From positions 1 to 64,000 of IMG/VR virus record IMGVR_UViG_2880505610_000001: a stretch of DNA of 64,000 nucleotides. The stretch is one strand, 5' to 3'. A program made the position numbers and the translations under genes. Below the pieces are notes generated by a model, which did not search any database, had not been told where the DNA came from, and was given only the letters and a program-made list of their open reading frames with translations. Source of the DNA: a virus (Duplodnaviria > Caudoviricetes). Shown here one piece after another: positions 1 to 9,426 of this stretch (the first letter of the stretch is position 1; each line of letters begins with the position of its first letter).

Positions 1-237
1 GTGAGCGCGGTGCAGGCGCGGCGGCCCAGGCGGCTCGAGCAGCCCCCGCCCGCAGCCGGCACCGTGGAGATGACGCTGCGGGGTTCGAGCCGCGACGTAG
101 ACGCCACGATCGCGCAGATGCGCGAGCTGGGCCTGGTGGTGCGGCACGCGCCGGACCACCCGTACCCGGACCGGGACGGGGTGAGCATCCGCCGGCGGGT
201 GGTCATCGACCGGCGGGAGAAGCCGGGCCGGCCGTGA
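1..237 (+). CDS. hypothetical protein (may be 5' truncated)
   Basis: ORF with high-GC3 codon usage; no motif recognised. Confidence 0.5.
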   Translation: MSAVQARRPRRLEQPPPAAGTVEMTLRGSSRDVDATIAQMRELGLVVRHAPDHPYPDRDGVSIRRRVVIDRREKPGRP

Positions 238-380
238 TGCTTGCCGTCGGGTCGTTGACGTCACCACCCCGGTTGGTGGGGGCCTGGAGCCCGCCCGCCC
301 TTCGGGCCGGAGGTTGGAACGAAGGGCGCGGGGCCGGCAGTGTCCCGCCGAATACCCCGCGCCCTGCGGCCCGGCGGCAG

Positions 381-671
381 CTACTCCCCTGTCTTCTCTT
401 TGCGAGGGCGTGCGTGGATTCCTGTGGGTTCCCCAGATTCGAGTTGCTTGACGCGGCTGAAGTGGACGCCGATGAGTGGCCCAATGGCGCGGTAGCTCAG
501 GCCGGCGGCTCTGAGTTCCTTGACACCGTCTCGTCTGGCCTCGGCAAGGGTGGAGTTCCCTTCGTGGATGGCTTTGAGGGCTTCGGTGGCAGCTTTGGCT
601 CTGACCTGGGGGTCTTCGATCTGGGTGATCTCGGTGATGGCGTCGTGGATGCGTTGGGCGCGCTCGTCCAT
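381..671 (-). CDS. small HTH DNA-binding protein (repressor-like)
   Basis: ARRDGVKELRAAGLSYRAIGPLIGVHFSRVKQL HTH; start taken at MDERAQ; divergent from 773. Confidence 0.75.
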   Translation of the reverse strand: MDERAQRIHDAITEITQIEDPQVRAKAATEALKAIHEGNSTLAEARRDGVKELRAAGLSYRAIGPLIGVHFSRVKQLESGEPTGIHARPRKEKTGE

Positions 672-725
672 GCGCTGATCGTAGAGGTGGGGTCGACGGG
701 TTCTCATCCGGAAGACTTGCATGAT

Positions 726-755
726 GTATAGGTTACCTATACTGTATAGGTAACC
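726..755. promoter_or_regulatory. operator in divergent promoter region
   Basis: Perfect inverted repeat GGTTACCTATAC-T-GTATAGGTAACC (731-755) overlapping near-palindrome GTATAGGTTACCTATAC (726-742); AT-rich. Confidence 0.7.
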
Positions 756-772
756 ACAACGATGGAGACGAG

Positions 773-1018
773 ATGACCGCCATGACCAGCACCGCACACC
801 CCCTGGTCAAGCAGCACGACTTCATCCCCCGCAGGATGCTGATCGGCACGTCCACCCTGCACGCCGACACCTGCTGGACCACCGCCGACGGCTACGTCGT
901 CTACCGCACCGGCGCCTACGCCTACTGGGTGCGGGAGCGGAACGGCCGCTACGCCCGCCAGTCCACCCTCGCCGACGCCCACGCGGACATCGCCTGGCTG
1001 CGCGCAAAGGGGCGCTGA
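773..1018 (+). CDS. hypothetical phage protein
   Basis: GGAG RBS, strong GC3 bias. Confidence 0.7.
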   Translation: MTAMTSTAHPLVKQHDFIPRRMLIGTSTLHADTCWTTADGYVVYRTGAYAYWVRERNGRYARQSTLADAHADIAWLRAKGR

Positions 1019-1093
1019 CGCCCCGCCTCGCCCCAGAACCCCGCGTCAGGGGCGGGACAGGACACCAGATCACGCGAGATCACAGGAGCCCTT

Positions 1094-1390
1094 ATGAGCG
1101 TGAACTACTACCTCGACAGTCCCGACAACGAGGCTGGCCACATCGGCAAATGGGCTGCTGGCCACTTCACCGCGAAAGCCCCCGATGGCGTGAACAGCTT
1201 CGCCGAGTGGGAGGCGATGCTGCAGGGGCACAAGATCTTCGCCGAGCACGGCGTCGAGTACGCGCCCGCCGACTTCGTAGCAGACCTCGGCCCGACCGAC
1301 TCTGGTCGCCGCAACCTTCGCCGTCCCCGCCCCGAGCGCGGCGAGTGGATTGAGCGCGGTGTGCTGTTTGTCCGTCATGACTTCTGCTGA
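1094..1390 (+). CDS. hypothetical phage protein
   Basis: AGGAG RBS, GC3 bias. Confidence 0.7.
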   Translation: MSVNYYLDSPDNEAGHIGKWAAGHFTAKAPDGVNSFAEWEAMLQGHKIFAEHGVEYAPADFVADLGPTDSGRRNLRRPRPERGEWIERGVLFVRHDFC

Positions 1391-1468
1391 CGCCCTGTCT
1401 GGGCGCTCCACTCGCCCCGTAGTGGAGCGCCTCACTGGAGGCCAGACCAACCGCTAGAGGAGCAATCG

Positions 1469-1696
1469 ATGCGACCCGCACCCTGCGAGCACGGGTCCCC
1501 CGCCCGGTTCGTCACCGTCGTCGACCAAACCCGCAAGACCGGCCACGACCCATACGGCGACGTCCACGGGCCTGTGCGCATCGAACGCCTCGATGCCCTG
1601 CGCCAACTCCAGGACGCCGAAGCCGTAGACGCCCGCGACTACGAGCGGTTCACGCTGGCGTTCCTACACGCAGACCGCTGCCGCACCGAACAGTAA
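1469..1696 (+). CDS. hypothetical protein
   Basis: GAGGAG RBS. Confidence 0.65.
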   Translation: MRPAPCEHGSPARFVTVVDQTRKTGHDPYGDVHGPVRIERLDALRQLQDAEAVDARDYERFTLAFLHADRCRTEQ

Positions 1697-1707
1697 GGAG
1701 TCCCGGC

Positions 1708-1950
1708 ATGGCCGACACCACGACCAAGACCCGCTGCGAGACCGTCGACCAGATCGTCCGCTGGGAGGACGTCACCGAAGGCGACCTCGTCCTGTACGGC
1801 GGCCGGCTCGAGCTGGTCACCGGAATCACCTCGATCAGCACCCTGTCCGTGCCGTTGCGACTGCGTCTCGAGGGCCACATCGCTCCGGTGACGGTCTCCC
1901 GCAAGGGGCTGACCGCAGTCGCCCGCTACGTCGAGACCGCCGGGGAGTGA
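1708..1950 (+). CDS. hypothetical protein
   Basis: AAGGAG RBS; first of GTGA-coupled run. Confidence 0.7.
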   Translation: MADTTTKTRCETVDQIVRWEDVTEGDLVLYGGRLELVTGITSISTLSVPLRLRLEGHIAPVTVSRKGLTAVARYVETAGE

Positions 1951-2153
1951 AGCACATGTCGCAATCCATGTTCTCCGAGCAGGCCCGGCAGGACCGAATC
2001 ATCTCCGGGTACCTGCGCGCCCGCGACGCTTTGGACACGGCAGCCCGCGCCATCAAGGCGCCCCTCCCGCACAACCCCGGCACGATCAGGGTGCTGAAGA
2101 AGGCACAGGCCGAGCTGAGCTGGTACCTGACCGAACTGGAGAAAAGCCCGTGA
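1947..2153 (+). CDS. hypothetical protein
   Basis: GTGA overlap with upstream gene. Confidence 0.65.
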   Translation: MKHMSQSMFSEQARQDRIISGYLRARDALDTAARAIKAPLPHNPGTIRVLKKAQAELSWYLTELEKSP

Positions 2154-2419
2154 CCGCACCCGACCCCCTCGCTGTCCGCGGCTACCGCGCTGCGGTCAAG
2201 CGCCACCACGACAATGCCGCCCGCGAGGCCAACTACCTCAAGAGCCTCGTCGACCGGATGGTGTCCGACTTCTGTGAGACGAAGGTCCCCTCTGCGGGCG
2301 ATGCCCGGCGGGCAGTCCACTGCGCTGTCGATCTGCTGGAGCGGCTCACCGCGCTGGAGGCCCTTAAGCAGGATGCCGAGCACCTCACCGACGACCCGGA
2401 AGCCGAGGAGAAGCCGTGA
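2150..2419 (+). CDS. hypothetical protein
   Basis: GTGA overlap. Confidence 0.65.
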   Translation: MTAPDPLAVRGYRAAVKRHHDNAAREANYLKSLVDRMVSDFCETKVPSAGDARRAVHCAVDLLERLTALEALKQDAEHLTDDPEAEEKP

Positions 2420-2670
2420 CCGGCCAGGAGATCCGTGACGCTGCCGCCTTCCAGGTCCAGTCCTCCAGAGATGGCCGCGCCTGGGTCCCCCGCCAGCCGT
2501 CCCCCAACGGCATCGACACGATGGTCCACGGCGGCGACCACTGGTACACCGACCACCACGAGGCCTGGGTCGCGGCAAACGGGCTCCGCAACGCGCTCAC
2601 GTGGTCGGAGGTCCGCATCGTCGCCAAGAACAAGGCTGGCGAGGTCATCGGCGCCCAGAGCATCGTGTGA
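2416..2670 (+). CDS. hypothetical protein
   Basis: GTGA overlap, followed by hairpin. Confidence 0.65.
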   Translation: MTGQEIRDAAAFQVQSSRDGRAWVPRQPSPNGIDTMVHGGDHWYTDHHEAWVAANGLRNALTWSEVRIVAKNKAGEVIGAQSIV

Positions 2671-2699
2671 CTCCTCGGCGCGGGATCACAGAAGCGCAC

Positions 2700-2730
2700 A
2701 GGACCCCACCCCTGCAGGGAGTGGGGTCCT
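2700..2730 (+). terminator. GC-rich hairpin terminator
   Basis: AGGACCCCAC...GTGGGGTCCT after small-gene operon. Confidence 0.65.
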
Positions 2731-2910
2731 CGGCGTTACAGCGGCCAGTCAGCGGATGACGTAGATCTCTACCCCTCAACACTCGCCCGAACTGTCACAC
2801 CCTCGCTCCATGATGAGTTCGACACCGTCACAGCCTCTCCAGCCTCACCCGCTCGAGGGCCACGACACCCACTCCACTCCCCCCGCGAGAGTCTCAGTGA
2901 GGAGCCCCCC

Positions 2911-3837
2911 GTGAACATCCCGGCCTGCGTGTACGTCCCCCGGCCCTCCGCAGCCAACTTCAATATCGGCATCAACCAGGGCATCTGGGGCTGGCGTACC
3001 TCTGCCCTTGACCGTGCTGGCGCCCGAGCCGTCGCGCAATCCCTTCAAGTGGGTGACTACCTGCTGTTCGGGCACCGCGGCCCGTCTAGCCGAGTCGCCG
3101 CCAACGGGTGGGCCAGCGCCACACTGGTCCGAATCGTCGTCGCCCGGATCACTCAGCCCTGGTATATCGCCAGCACCCAGGTGTGGCCCGACGACGTGTA
3201 CCCCGAACGGGTCCGTATGGAGATCCTCGACGACCGCGACCACGTCCAGGGAACCTCCCTCACCCCCGACGTGATGGAAGCGCTGCGAATGTCGGCGAAC
3301 AAGCAGGGTGTGCCCGTCCTGGCCGGTCAGGGCGCACTGCTACAGATCGCCGAGCAAGCCACCACCGACACCGATCAGGACGACGAAGGAGCGGGGCCTG
3401 CGGGTGTGCTGGACGTAGACGGCCCCACCGACGCCGTCCGGACCGCCCTAGTCCGCAAGGAGCAGAAGCGGATCCGCAAGCACTTGTTCGCGGGCAAAAC
3501 CGTCGCGGCGTGCAGCCTGTGCGGGCGGACGTTCCCTCTCCGTCTGCTGGTAGCCGCGCACATCAAGCGTCGCGCGGACGCGACCCACGAGGAACGCCGC
3601 ACCATGGCCAACATCATGCCCGCGTGCGTGATGGGCTGCGACGCCCTTTTCGAGTACGGGTTCGTCCACGTCGATACCGATGGCGTCATTCGCGTGTCCG
3701 TTCCTGCCGAAGCGCCCGTGGACCTAGTGGCGGCGGCCAGTCTCCTTGAGGGGCGGCTGTGTGCGGCGTTCGGGGAGGAGAGCCGCGGGTTCTTCGACCA
3801 TCACCGCAGCAAGGCACTCGCGCCCGCTGGCTCCTGA
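2911..3837 (+). CDS. EVE/PUA-like domain + HNH endonuclease (candidate modification-dependent restriction enzyme)
   Basis: N-term NFNIGINQGIWG...LQVGDYLLF...VWPDDVYPERV; C-term RKEQ...CSLCG...LVAAHIK...N...C...CDALFEYG (HNH_2 pattern). Confidence 0.75.
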   Translation: MNIPACVYVPRPSAANFNIGINQGIWGWRTSALDRAGARAVAQSLQVGDYLLFGHRGPSSRVAANGWASATLVRIVVARITQPWYIASTQVWPDDVYPERVRMEILDDRDHVQGTSLTPDVMEALRMSANKQGVPVLAGQGALLQIAEQATTDTDQDDEGAGPAGVLDVDGPTDAVRTALVRKEQKRIRKHLFAGKTVAACSLCGRTFPLRLLVAAHIKRRADATHEERRTMANIMPACVMGCDALFEYGFVHVDTDGVIRVSVPAEAPVDLVAAASLLEGRLCAAFGEESRGFFDHHRSKALAPAGS

Positions 3838-3847
3838 GACGCAGGGA

Positions 3848-3882
3848 AGGCCCCGCTCCCCCCTGGCTGGGGAGCGGGGCCT
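3848..3882. terminator. bidirectional hairpin terminator
   Basis: AGGCCCCGCTCCCC...GGGGAGCGGGGCCT between convergent genes. Confidence 0.7.
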
Positions 3883-3900
3883 CCTGCTTTCAACGTCTGG

Positions 3901-4347
3901 TCAGCAGTACCGACTTGAGCCGCTCCTGCCCCACGAGCACGAGTCCGCAGCCGTCCCGTTCGGGTAGCGGAGGTAGGCGGTGTCGCCCGTGTTGTTCCAC
4001 ACGTACCAGGACCTTCCCCAGTACCGGTGGCCGGCGCTGTTGGAGCCCTTACCGGTGTGGACGTACACGGACTTGCGCCCGCCCAGGGTGACCGCCCCGA
4101 ACGTGTACGTGTACCCGGTCTTGTCCCGCAGCTTGTACCCCTTGAGCTGCCTGGACGTCTTGGACGTGTTGAACAACTGGACCCATTCGGCGTTCAGGCT
4201 CTTGTTAGAGCCGGTGTCCGAGCCCGGGCTGTTGTAGTAGACCCGGTAGATCTGGACCGCGCTGGCAGCTTCCGCCGGCGCCGCGGCGAGTCCGATACCG
4301 CCGGCCGCGACTGCGGCGGCTGCCCCCGTGACGATGAGTCGTCTCAA
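3901..4347 (-). CDS. secreted lamin-tail-domain (LTD) protein
   Basis: Signal peptide ending APAEA; VQIYRVYYNSPGSD...LNAEWVQL...VWNNTGDTAYL. Confidence 0.85.
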   Translation of the reverse strand: MRRLIVTGAAAAVAAGGIGLAAAPAEAASAVQIYRVYYNSPGSDTGSNKSLNAEWVQLFNTSKTSRQLKGYKLRDKTGYTYTFGAVTLGGRKSVYVHTGKGSNSAGHRYWGRSWYVWNNTGDTAYLRYPNGTAADSCSWGRSGSSRYC

Positions 4348-4568
4348 CCCCGTTGCCTCTCTCCTGTTGTGGGTGGGAGCACTGGTCTATCAGCGACTCG
4401 CGGGTAGCAGACGGTGATGGCCACTGCGGGACCGGGCGTGAACCACACGACCTCATCCAGCGTCGCGTGCCGGGTCGCCGCCCCACGCATCGGCCGTGCC
4501 GCGTGCGGGACACATAAAGTGTTGCGAACCCTTGAGCAGCGAAACCTTAAGGTGCATAGACTCGGCCC

Positions 4569-4856
4569 ATGAGCGCCCAGCCCGTGCACCAGGAGCCGGA
4601 CCCGCGCGACCCCCAGGTCATCCACGACCAGCTCCCCGAGGCTGCACGCGCCAAGTTTCTCGCTGAATATCATGCGGCTGTCGACGCCGCCCACGACTTC
4701 GCTGGCTACCGAGCTCTCCAGGACCTCCTACAGACCTGGCGCCTGCTGACCGCCGCTTATTCCAAGCCAGACTTTCAGCAGCGTTACGAGGACGTACGCC
4801 ACGGCGTCGGCCAGTATGTTCCCATGGATGAGGCCTTCCCCCACCTCAAGGCGTGA
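4569..4856 (+). CDS. DUF6247-like putative antitoxin
   Basis: MSAQPVH...FLAEYHAAVDAA...LQDLLQTWR; coupled to RelE-like gene. Confidence 0.65.
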   Translation: MSAQPVHQEPDPRDPQVIHDQLPEAARAKFLAEYHAAVDAAHDFAGYRALQDLLQTWRLLTAAYSKPDFQQRYEDVRHGVGQYVPMDEAFPHLKA

Positions 4857-5110
4857 GCGCCTACGAGCCGGTCTGGCACGCCAAAGGCGCTGCTGAAGTA
4901 CGCGGCCTCCCCGAACGCGCTGGCAAGGCACTTTGGGACACGCTCGTAGCTGTACTCAGGGACCCATGGGGGCAAACCCAAGCAGACCGCTCTGAGAATG
5001 ACGAGGCGTTCCGGTTCGCCTTGTTCGATCTTGGGGACGGTGTCGTTCACATCCGTATCGATGACCAGGCCAGGACCGTTACCGTGCACGGCGTCACCTG
5101 GCTCGGATGA
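4853..5110 (+). CDS. RelE/ParE-like putative toxin
   Basis: 85 aa, YEPVW..A..EVRGLP...IDDQARTVTVHGVTW; GTGA overlap. Confidence 0.6.
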   Translation: MSAYEPVWHAKGAAEVRGLPERAGKALWDTLVAVLRDPWGQTQADRSENDEAFRFALFDLGDGVVHIRIDDQARTVTVHGVTWLG

Positions 5111-5214
5111 GTTGCATCATGGCCAATGACCAGGCGGCGGCTCTGCGGTAGGGACGCTCTGGCCGCTGCTACCCGCCAGCCGTGACCGCGTATCCCCGGA
5201 GAGCTGGCCCCTAC

Positions 5215-5673
5215 TCACGTGTGCTTGAGCTTGCTCGGCCACACCTCGTGCTTGGGATCCCACCACACAACATGGAAGACGTTCCCCAGTAAGAAGCCGT
5301 ACAGGCGTGGCTCACCCTGCAGCCGAAGACACGAGATCTTCGTCATGTCACCCAGCTGCAGCTCGGTGAGCCGCCCCAGCGCTTCCGATGTCGGGATGGA
5401 CTCGACCTCATAGTGCTTGCCCGGGTAGTCGCTGTTGTTGAAGATCTCATTGATCTTCATCGTCTCGAACTGCCCGAGCCGGCCCATCAGCCAGCACAGC
5501 GTCTCGCCATCGACGTGCCCGAACCCCCACGGGCCCTCATGGTCGACATGGCAGAACCGCCAGCAGATCCGCTCATCCGACGTCTCCGCCCCCGGCAGCA
5601 CGCTGCGCCGCGGAACTTCCTTCGTCTTGATCTCGGGGGTGGAGACGTGCTTCTTAGACTTCTTCTTCGCCAT
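5215..5673 (-). CDS. putative toxin partner of Panacea antitoxin (RelE-like fold suspected)
   Basis: LRLQGEPRLYGFLLGNVFHVVWWDPKHEV C-terminus; overlaps 3' end of DUF4065 gene. Confidence 0.65.
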   Translation of the reverse strand: MAKKKSKKHVSTPEIKTKEVPRRSVLPGAETSDERICWRFCHVDHEGPWGFGHVDGETLCWLMGRLGQFETMKINEIFNNSDYPGKHYEVESIPTSEALGRLTELQLGDMTKISCLRLQGEPRLYGFLLGNVFHVVWWDPKHEVWPSKLKHT

Positions 5674-6124
5674 CGGCGTTCGCCGCAGTGAGGGCGTCGA
5701 AGAACTCGAAGATCTCCTCGTCGAGCAGTTCCTCGCTGCTCCGCTCGAGCAGCACCGCGCCAGCACGCTTGCGGGCGTTCACCCACGGCGCCTCGTTGTG
5801 CGTCATCGTCGACAACTGGTGCGCGGTGTAGTCGCCGAGGCCCGCCAGGACCATGTCAACCGACTCCTGCTCCCCTTCGTCGAGCGCGGCCGGGTCGCCT
5901 GGGATGTCGCCGGCGCTGAGCTGGAAACACCCGCGGTGGCACCGGTACAGGCGCGGGGACACGGGCCCGTTCGCCCACGCCTCGAACCGCTCCGGGAACA
6001 GGGGACGCTCTTCCCACGCCAGGTGGTAGCCGTAGGCGTAGTAGCAGAGCTTCTGCAGCTTCATCGCCGACATCGGCCCGCGAGCCCGCAGGATGTACGC
6101 GGCGACATCATTGATCGCTGCCAT
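5654..6124 (-). CDS. Panacea/DUF4065 (SocA-like) antitoxin
   Basis: MKLQKLCYYA...LFPERFEAWANGPV...LSTMTHNEAPW. Confidence 0.9.
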   Translation of the reverse strand: MAAINDVAAYILRARGPMSAMKLQKLCYYAYGYHLAWEERPLFPERFEAWANGPVSPRLYRCHRGCFQLSAGDIPGDPAALDEGEQESVDMVLAGLGDYTAHQLSTMTHNEAPWVNARKRAGAVLLERSSEELLDEEIFEFFDALTAANADGEEEV

Positions 6125-6486
6125 CGGCCTGTCCCCTCCTTCCCTCCCTGACATACGTACCCGTTTGGGCGAGCGTATGGGCATGGCCGGTCCTCACCAG
6201 TTCGTAACGTTTCCGATCGTGCCTGGAGCTGCGACACATGACTACGCGCCGCCGCGGGGTCCTGAGTGTGACTTGACCGAACCTTCACCCGAGGACCCCG
6301 CTGAAGACGTTCCCAGCTTCTCTCCCGCATCAGACATCCGGCACGCACAGTGGCCGCACGTGGACGCCACGCCAACCAGCTGGGCGCAGAGCACGTCACC
6401 AACGCCAGCCCGCCACGCTCTCCGGGGAGCGTGTCGGGACACCACCGCAACTGATGCTGCGGACGAGAACGCCTGGCGATGCGCGA

Positions 6487-7275
6487 TCACTCCGACAGGG
6501 AGGACGGCGTCCCCAACCAGACCCGGCGACGCGCCCGCCGGCCATAGAGCAGCACCCGATAGACCCGCTTGGCGTCCGGACCACGCCGCATCGGATGCCG
6601 CCGCAACAACTCTGCGGCAACGTGCCTGGTCCTCCCTGACAACGCCCCCAGGTCCGGGCGCCCCTCGTTGTACCTCTCTATCGCCAGCGAGGAATCCTCA
6701 CCGAACGGGCCGCGCCCGTTGCGTGCCCGGACGATCAGCTCTCCGAACTGCCGCAGGTCACTCTGCCGCCGCTTGTAGAACTCATGTCGCGAATCCGTAC
6801 GCAGTTCGGCCCGGCCGAAGTCCAGGACATAGATCCCTCCGTCGGTGCCTACGATCAGGTTCTGTCCGCGGAAGTCGCCGTGTGCAACACCGACCGAGTG
6901 CATCGCCACCAGGCTCGCGGCGAGCCGTATGGCCAGGCGTTGGACCTGAACGTCAGTCAGCTGCCCGCGTTCGGCGATCAAGCCGTCGACGGTAGTGCCC
7001 TGGATGTACTCCATCACGTAGTACGGCCGCTCGCCTGTCGAGTTCGACTCGATGAACTTCGGGACGAATGCCGGGTTGACGGCGCTGAGAGCAACCACTT
7101 CCTTATCCAGAGCGCGATGAGTCTTGCTCTGGCCCACCTGGCTGGAATGGATCGTCTTGATCGCTACCTCGCGCCCGGATCCATCATCCGCGAGGAACGT
7201 CTCGCCCTGCATGCCACTGCCAAGCAGCTTGATCACCTGATAGCGACCAAAGGTCTGCGGAAGATCGGCACTCAT
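6487..7275 (-). CDS. Ser/Thr protein kinase (Hanks-type, atypical)
   Basis: LGSGMQG, VAIK, YVMEYIQG, HGDFRGQN, DFG; no APE motif. Confidence 0.85.
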   Translation of the reverse strand: MSADLPQTFGRYQVIKLLGSGMQGETFLADDGSGREVAIKTIHSSQVGQSKTHRALDKEVVALSAVNPAFVPKFIESNSTGERPYYVMEYIQGTTVDGLIAERGQLTDVQVQRLAIRLAASLVAMHSVGVAHGDFRGQNLIVGTDGGIYVLDFGRAELRTDSRHEFYKRRQSDLRQFGELIVRARNGRGPFGEDSSLAIERYNEGRPDLGALSGRTRHVAAELLRRHPMRRGPDAKRVYRVLLYGRRARRRVWLGTPSSLSE

Positions 7276-8052
7276 GGGCAGTGAGATCCATCTACCGCGC
7301 CGAGAATAGGGCGCTTGTATCCGTCAAGGACCACGACATTCTCAGGGAATATCGCGTAGGCTGTTGTATGCATCCGCCCTCCGTCAGGGGGGTACTTGGA
7401 GAGGGCCGCCTCCAACCACTGGCCTGCAGCGGTGCGGTGGGGGCGGCCCTCGGCATTGATGGGTGTTGCCGAAGCGCCTGACCTGTGCCGACGCCCACTC
7501 GGGGCGCACGGGTCCGCGCCGATCGTCCGCCCGTACCTGCAGGTGGGCGCGACGACCGCCTCGGCGTCGCCGGACGCCGGGAGTGCTTGATCCTCTCTCG
7601 TTGTGCCGTACAGCACGCAGGCTTCAGCCAGGTCGATACCGAAGCCTCGCGGCCATCCTGCAGGTTATTTTCTCGTCAACCTGCCCCCGCGCGTCGGCAG
7701 ATCCATGTATTCGCCCGGCCATCAGTGCAAAATTCCCTATCCACGGAGCTCAGACCTGGCGCGCTGCGGGAGAAAATCCTCTACCCGACACGGGGTGTAG
7801 CGACATCGACTGAGATTCAACCTATCCCGTAAATAGCCTGTCATTGCGGGATGAATCGGTCACGAATTAAGACATCTCCGGCATGCTGAAGGTGACCACC
7901 CACTCACATTGTCGGGTCGCAATAGCGTTAAAGGCTGCCCCGAAAAGCCGCTTGGGCGCTGTGGCCGCAACCGGACGGCGGCCAACCCAACCTCGGGCCA
8001 CGACGTCGAACCTTCGCCGACACCACACGCCAACCACGAGAGCGCGGGCCAC

Positions 8053-8682
8053 TTGACCATCCACTCCGGCGAAGAACACACCATCTGGGAAGGCGAGTCC
8101 CAGAACGTCACCGCCAAAGCCACCGGCGGCCGGTTCACCCTCCACTACCGGCTCACCACCCACTACCTGTACTTCGAGACAGGCGGGATCACCGGCACCA
8201 AGCTCGAGCAGGTGCCCCTCATCAACGTCCAGGACGTCGACGTCGCCCAGTCACTGGTCCAGAAAACCCGCAAGGTCGGGAACCTGATGGTCCACATCGT
8301 CCGGCCGGACGGGCGCCACGAGACTGCGGTGTTCGACTCGATCCCCGACCCGGTCAGGGTCCGGGACCTGATCAACCAGACGGTGCACCAGGTGCGGGCC
8401 GCGGCGCATCAGCGGCAGGTCGCCGAGCAGCAGAACCTCAACGTCCACCGCTACGAGGCGACCGGCCCGGTGCCCGCCGCGCCGCCAGCCGCGGGGATGC
8501 CGTCCGCGCCGCCACCGCAGTACACGCCCGCGGGGACCCCGCCGGCCGCGGCCGGGCAGCAGGCGTACACCGCAGATCAGGTCATGGAGATGCTCAAGAA
8601 GCTCGGAGAGCTCCGCGACGCCGGCGTCGTCACGCCTGAGGAGTTCGAGGCCAAGAAGAAGGACCTGCTCGACCGCATCTAA
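8053..8682 (+). CDS. bacterial PH domain + SHOCT domain protein (start uncertain)
   Basis: YRLTTHYLYFETG...INVQDVDVAQSLVQK...VGNL; C-term LKKLGELRDAGVVTPEEFEAKKKDLL. Confidence 0.85.
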   Translation: MTIHSGEEHTIWEGESQNVTAKATGGRFTLHYRLTTHYLYFETGGITGTKLEQVPLINVQDVDVAQSLVQKTRKVGNLMVHIVRPDGRHETAVFDSIPDPVRVRDLINQTVHQVRAAAHQRQVAEQQNLNVHRYEATGPVPAAPPAAGMPSAPPPQYTPAGTPPAAAGQQAYTADQVMEMLKKLGELRDAGVVTPEEFEAKKKDLLDRI

Positions 8683-8697
8683 CCCGCGGCAAACGCA

Positions 8698-8725
8698 ACG
8701 CCCGCCCCAAGCAAGGGGCGGGCGT
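8698..8725. terminator. bidirectional hairpin terminator
   Basis: ACGCCCGCCCC...GGGGCGGGCGT between convergent genes. Confidence 0.7.
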
Positions 8726-8750
8726 CAGCAACAGCAGCACGGCCCAGCTC

Positions 8751-9212
8751 TCACGCTAGGCGCCGCTTATCCCCCGGCACCTCCTCACGACCAGCATCAC
8801 GCCCTCCATATCGTCGCAGCAGCCCCGACTTGTCCCCAGGCGAAAGCAACTGGGACACACGTTGAGGCGACACCATCAAAACCAGAGCAATCTCTCGCCC
8901 ACTCAGCCCCGCCTGCCGCAACAGGCCAGCAACCCTGCGGTTCTTCTTCGCGGCACGCTCCTGGGCCCGCTCGGCATCGGCCGTGGCTCTCTTCGCTTCA
9001 GCGATGCCACGGCCGAGCTCTTCACCCACGTCCGGGGTTATCTCCACATCGAACGAGTCCGGGTCCAGGTCTCGGTCTAGCGCGATGTAGTCGCGGACCG
9101 TTTCCTCGGCGTTGTTGAGCCTTTTCACCTGGGTGACCCCAACGTCCTCGATGTGCAGTTCCCAACCGCAGTCCCAGCGTTTGGCTACCACCCTGAAGAC
9201 GGACGGTCTCAA
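8751..9212 (-). CDS. hicB: HicB-like antitoxin with C-terminal HTH
   Basis: FRVVAKRWDCGWELHIEDVGVTQ...VRDYIA; GLSGREIALVLMVSPQRVSQL; TTG start overlapping hicA stop. Confidence 0.8.
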   Translation of the reverse strand: MRPSVFRVVAKRWDCGWELHIEDVGVTQVKRLNNAEETVRDYIALDRDLDPDSFDVEITPDVGEELGRGIAEAKRATADAERAQERAAKKNRRVAGLLRQAGLSGREIALVLMVSPQRVSQLLSPGDKSGLLRRYGGRDAGREEVPGDKRRLA

Positions 9213-9424
9213 TGCAGCCACCCCTCTGCGAGACACTCCAGGCGTTTTTCGGTGTCGCCGACGACACCAGGCGAGATCATCCTGTGGCGCGGGATGATCA
9301 CGATGTGCTTCCCGCAGCCGCAGACCCACTTTTCGTGAGGGCCGCGGCTGGCGTTCCGGTCCAGCTCACAGCCGTTCTCCTTGAGGGCCCGGATGACCTC
9401 TCGCCTCTTCATACCCTTCGGCAT
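9209..9424 (-). CDS. hicA: HicA-family toxin (true start may be 9412)
   Basis: MKRREVIRALKENGC...GPHEKW...IIPRH..ISPGVV. Confidence 0.85.
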   Translation of the reverse strand: MPKGMKRREVIRALKENGCELDRNASRGPHEKWVCGCGKHIVIIPRHRMISPGVVGDTEKRLECLAEGWLH

Positions 9425-9426
9425 AG

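Noticed and set aside
6242-6490. 82-aa ORF coupled downstream of kinase
   Set aside because: GTGA overlap exists but composition looks non-coding and no motif is recognisable
7380-8050. Structured ncRNA in long intergenic region
   Set aside because: Only short GC hairpins; no recognisable motif; more likely divergent promoters
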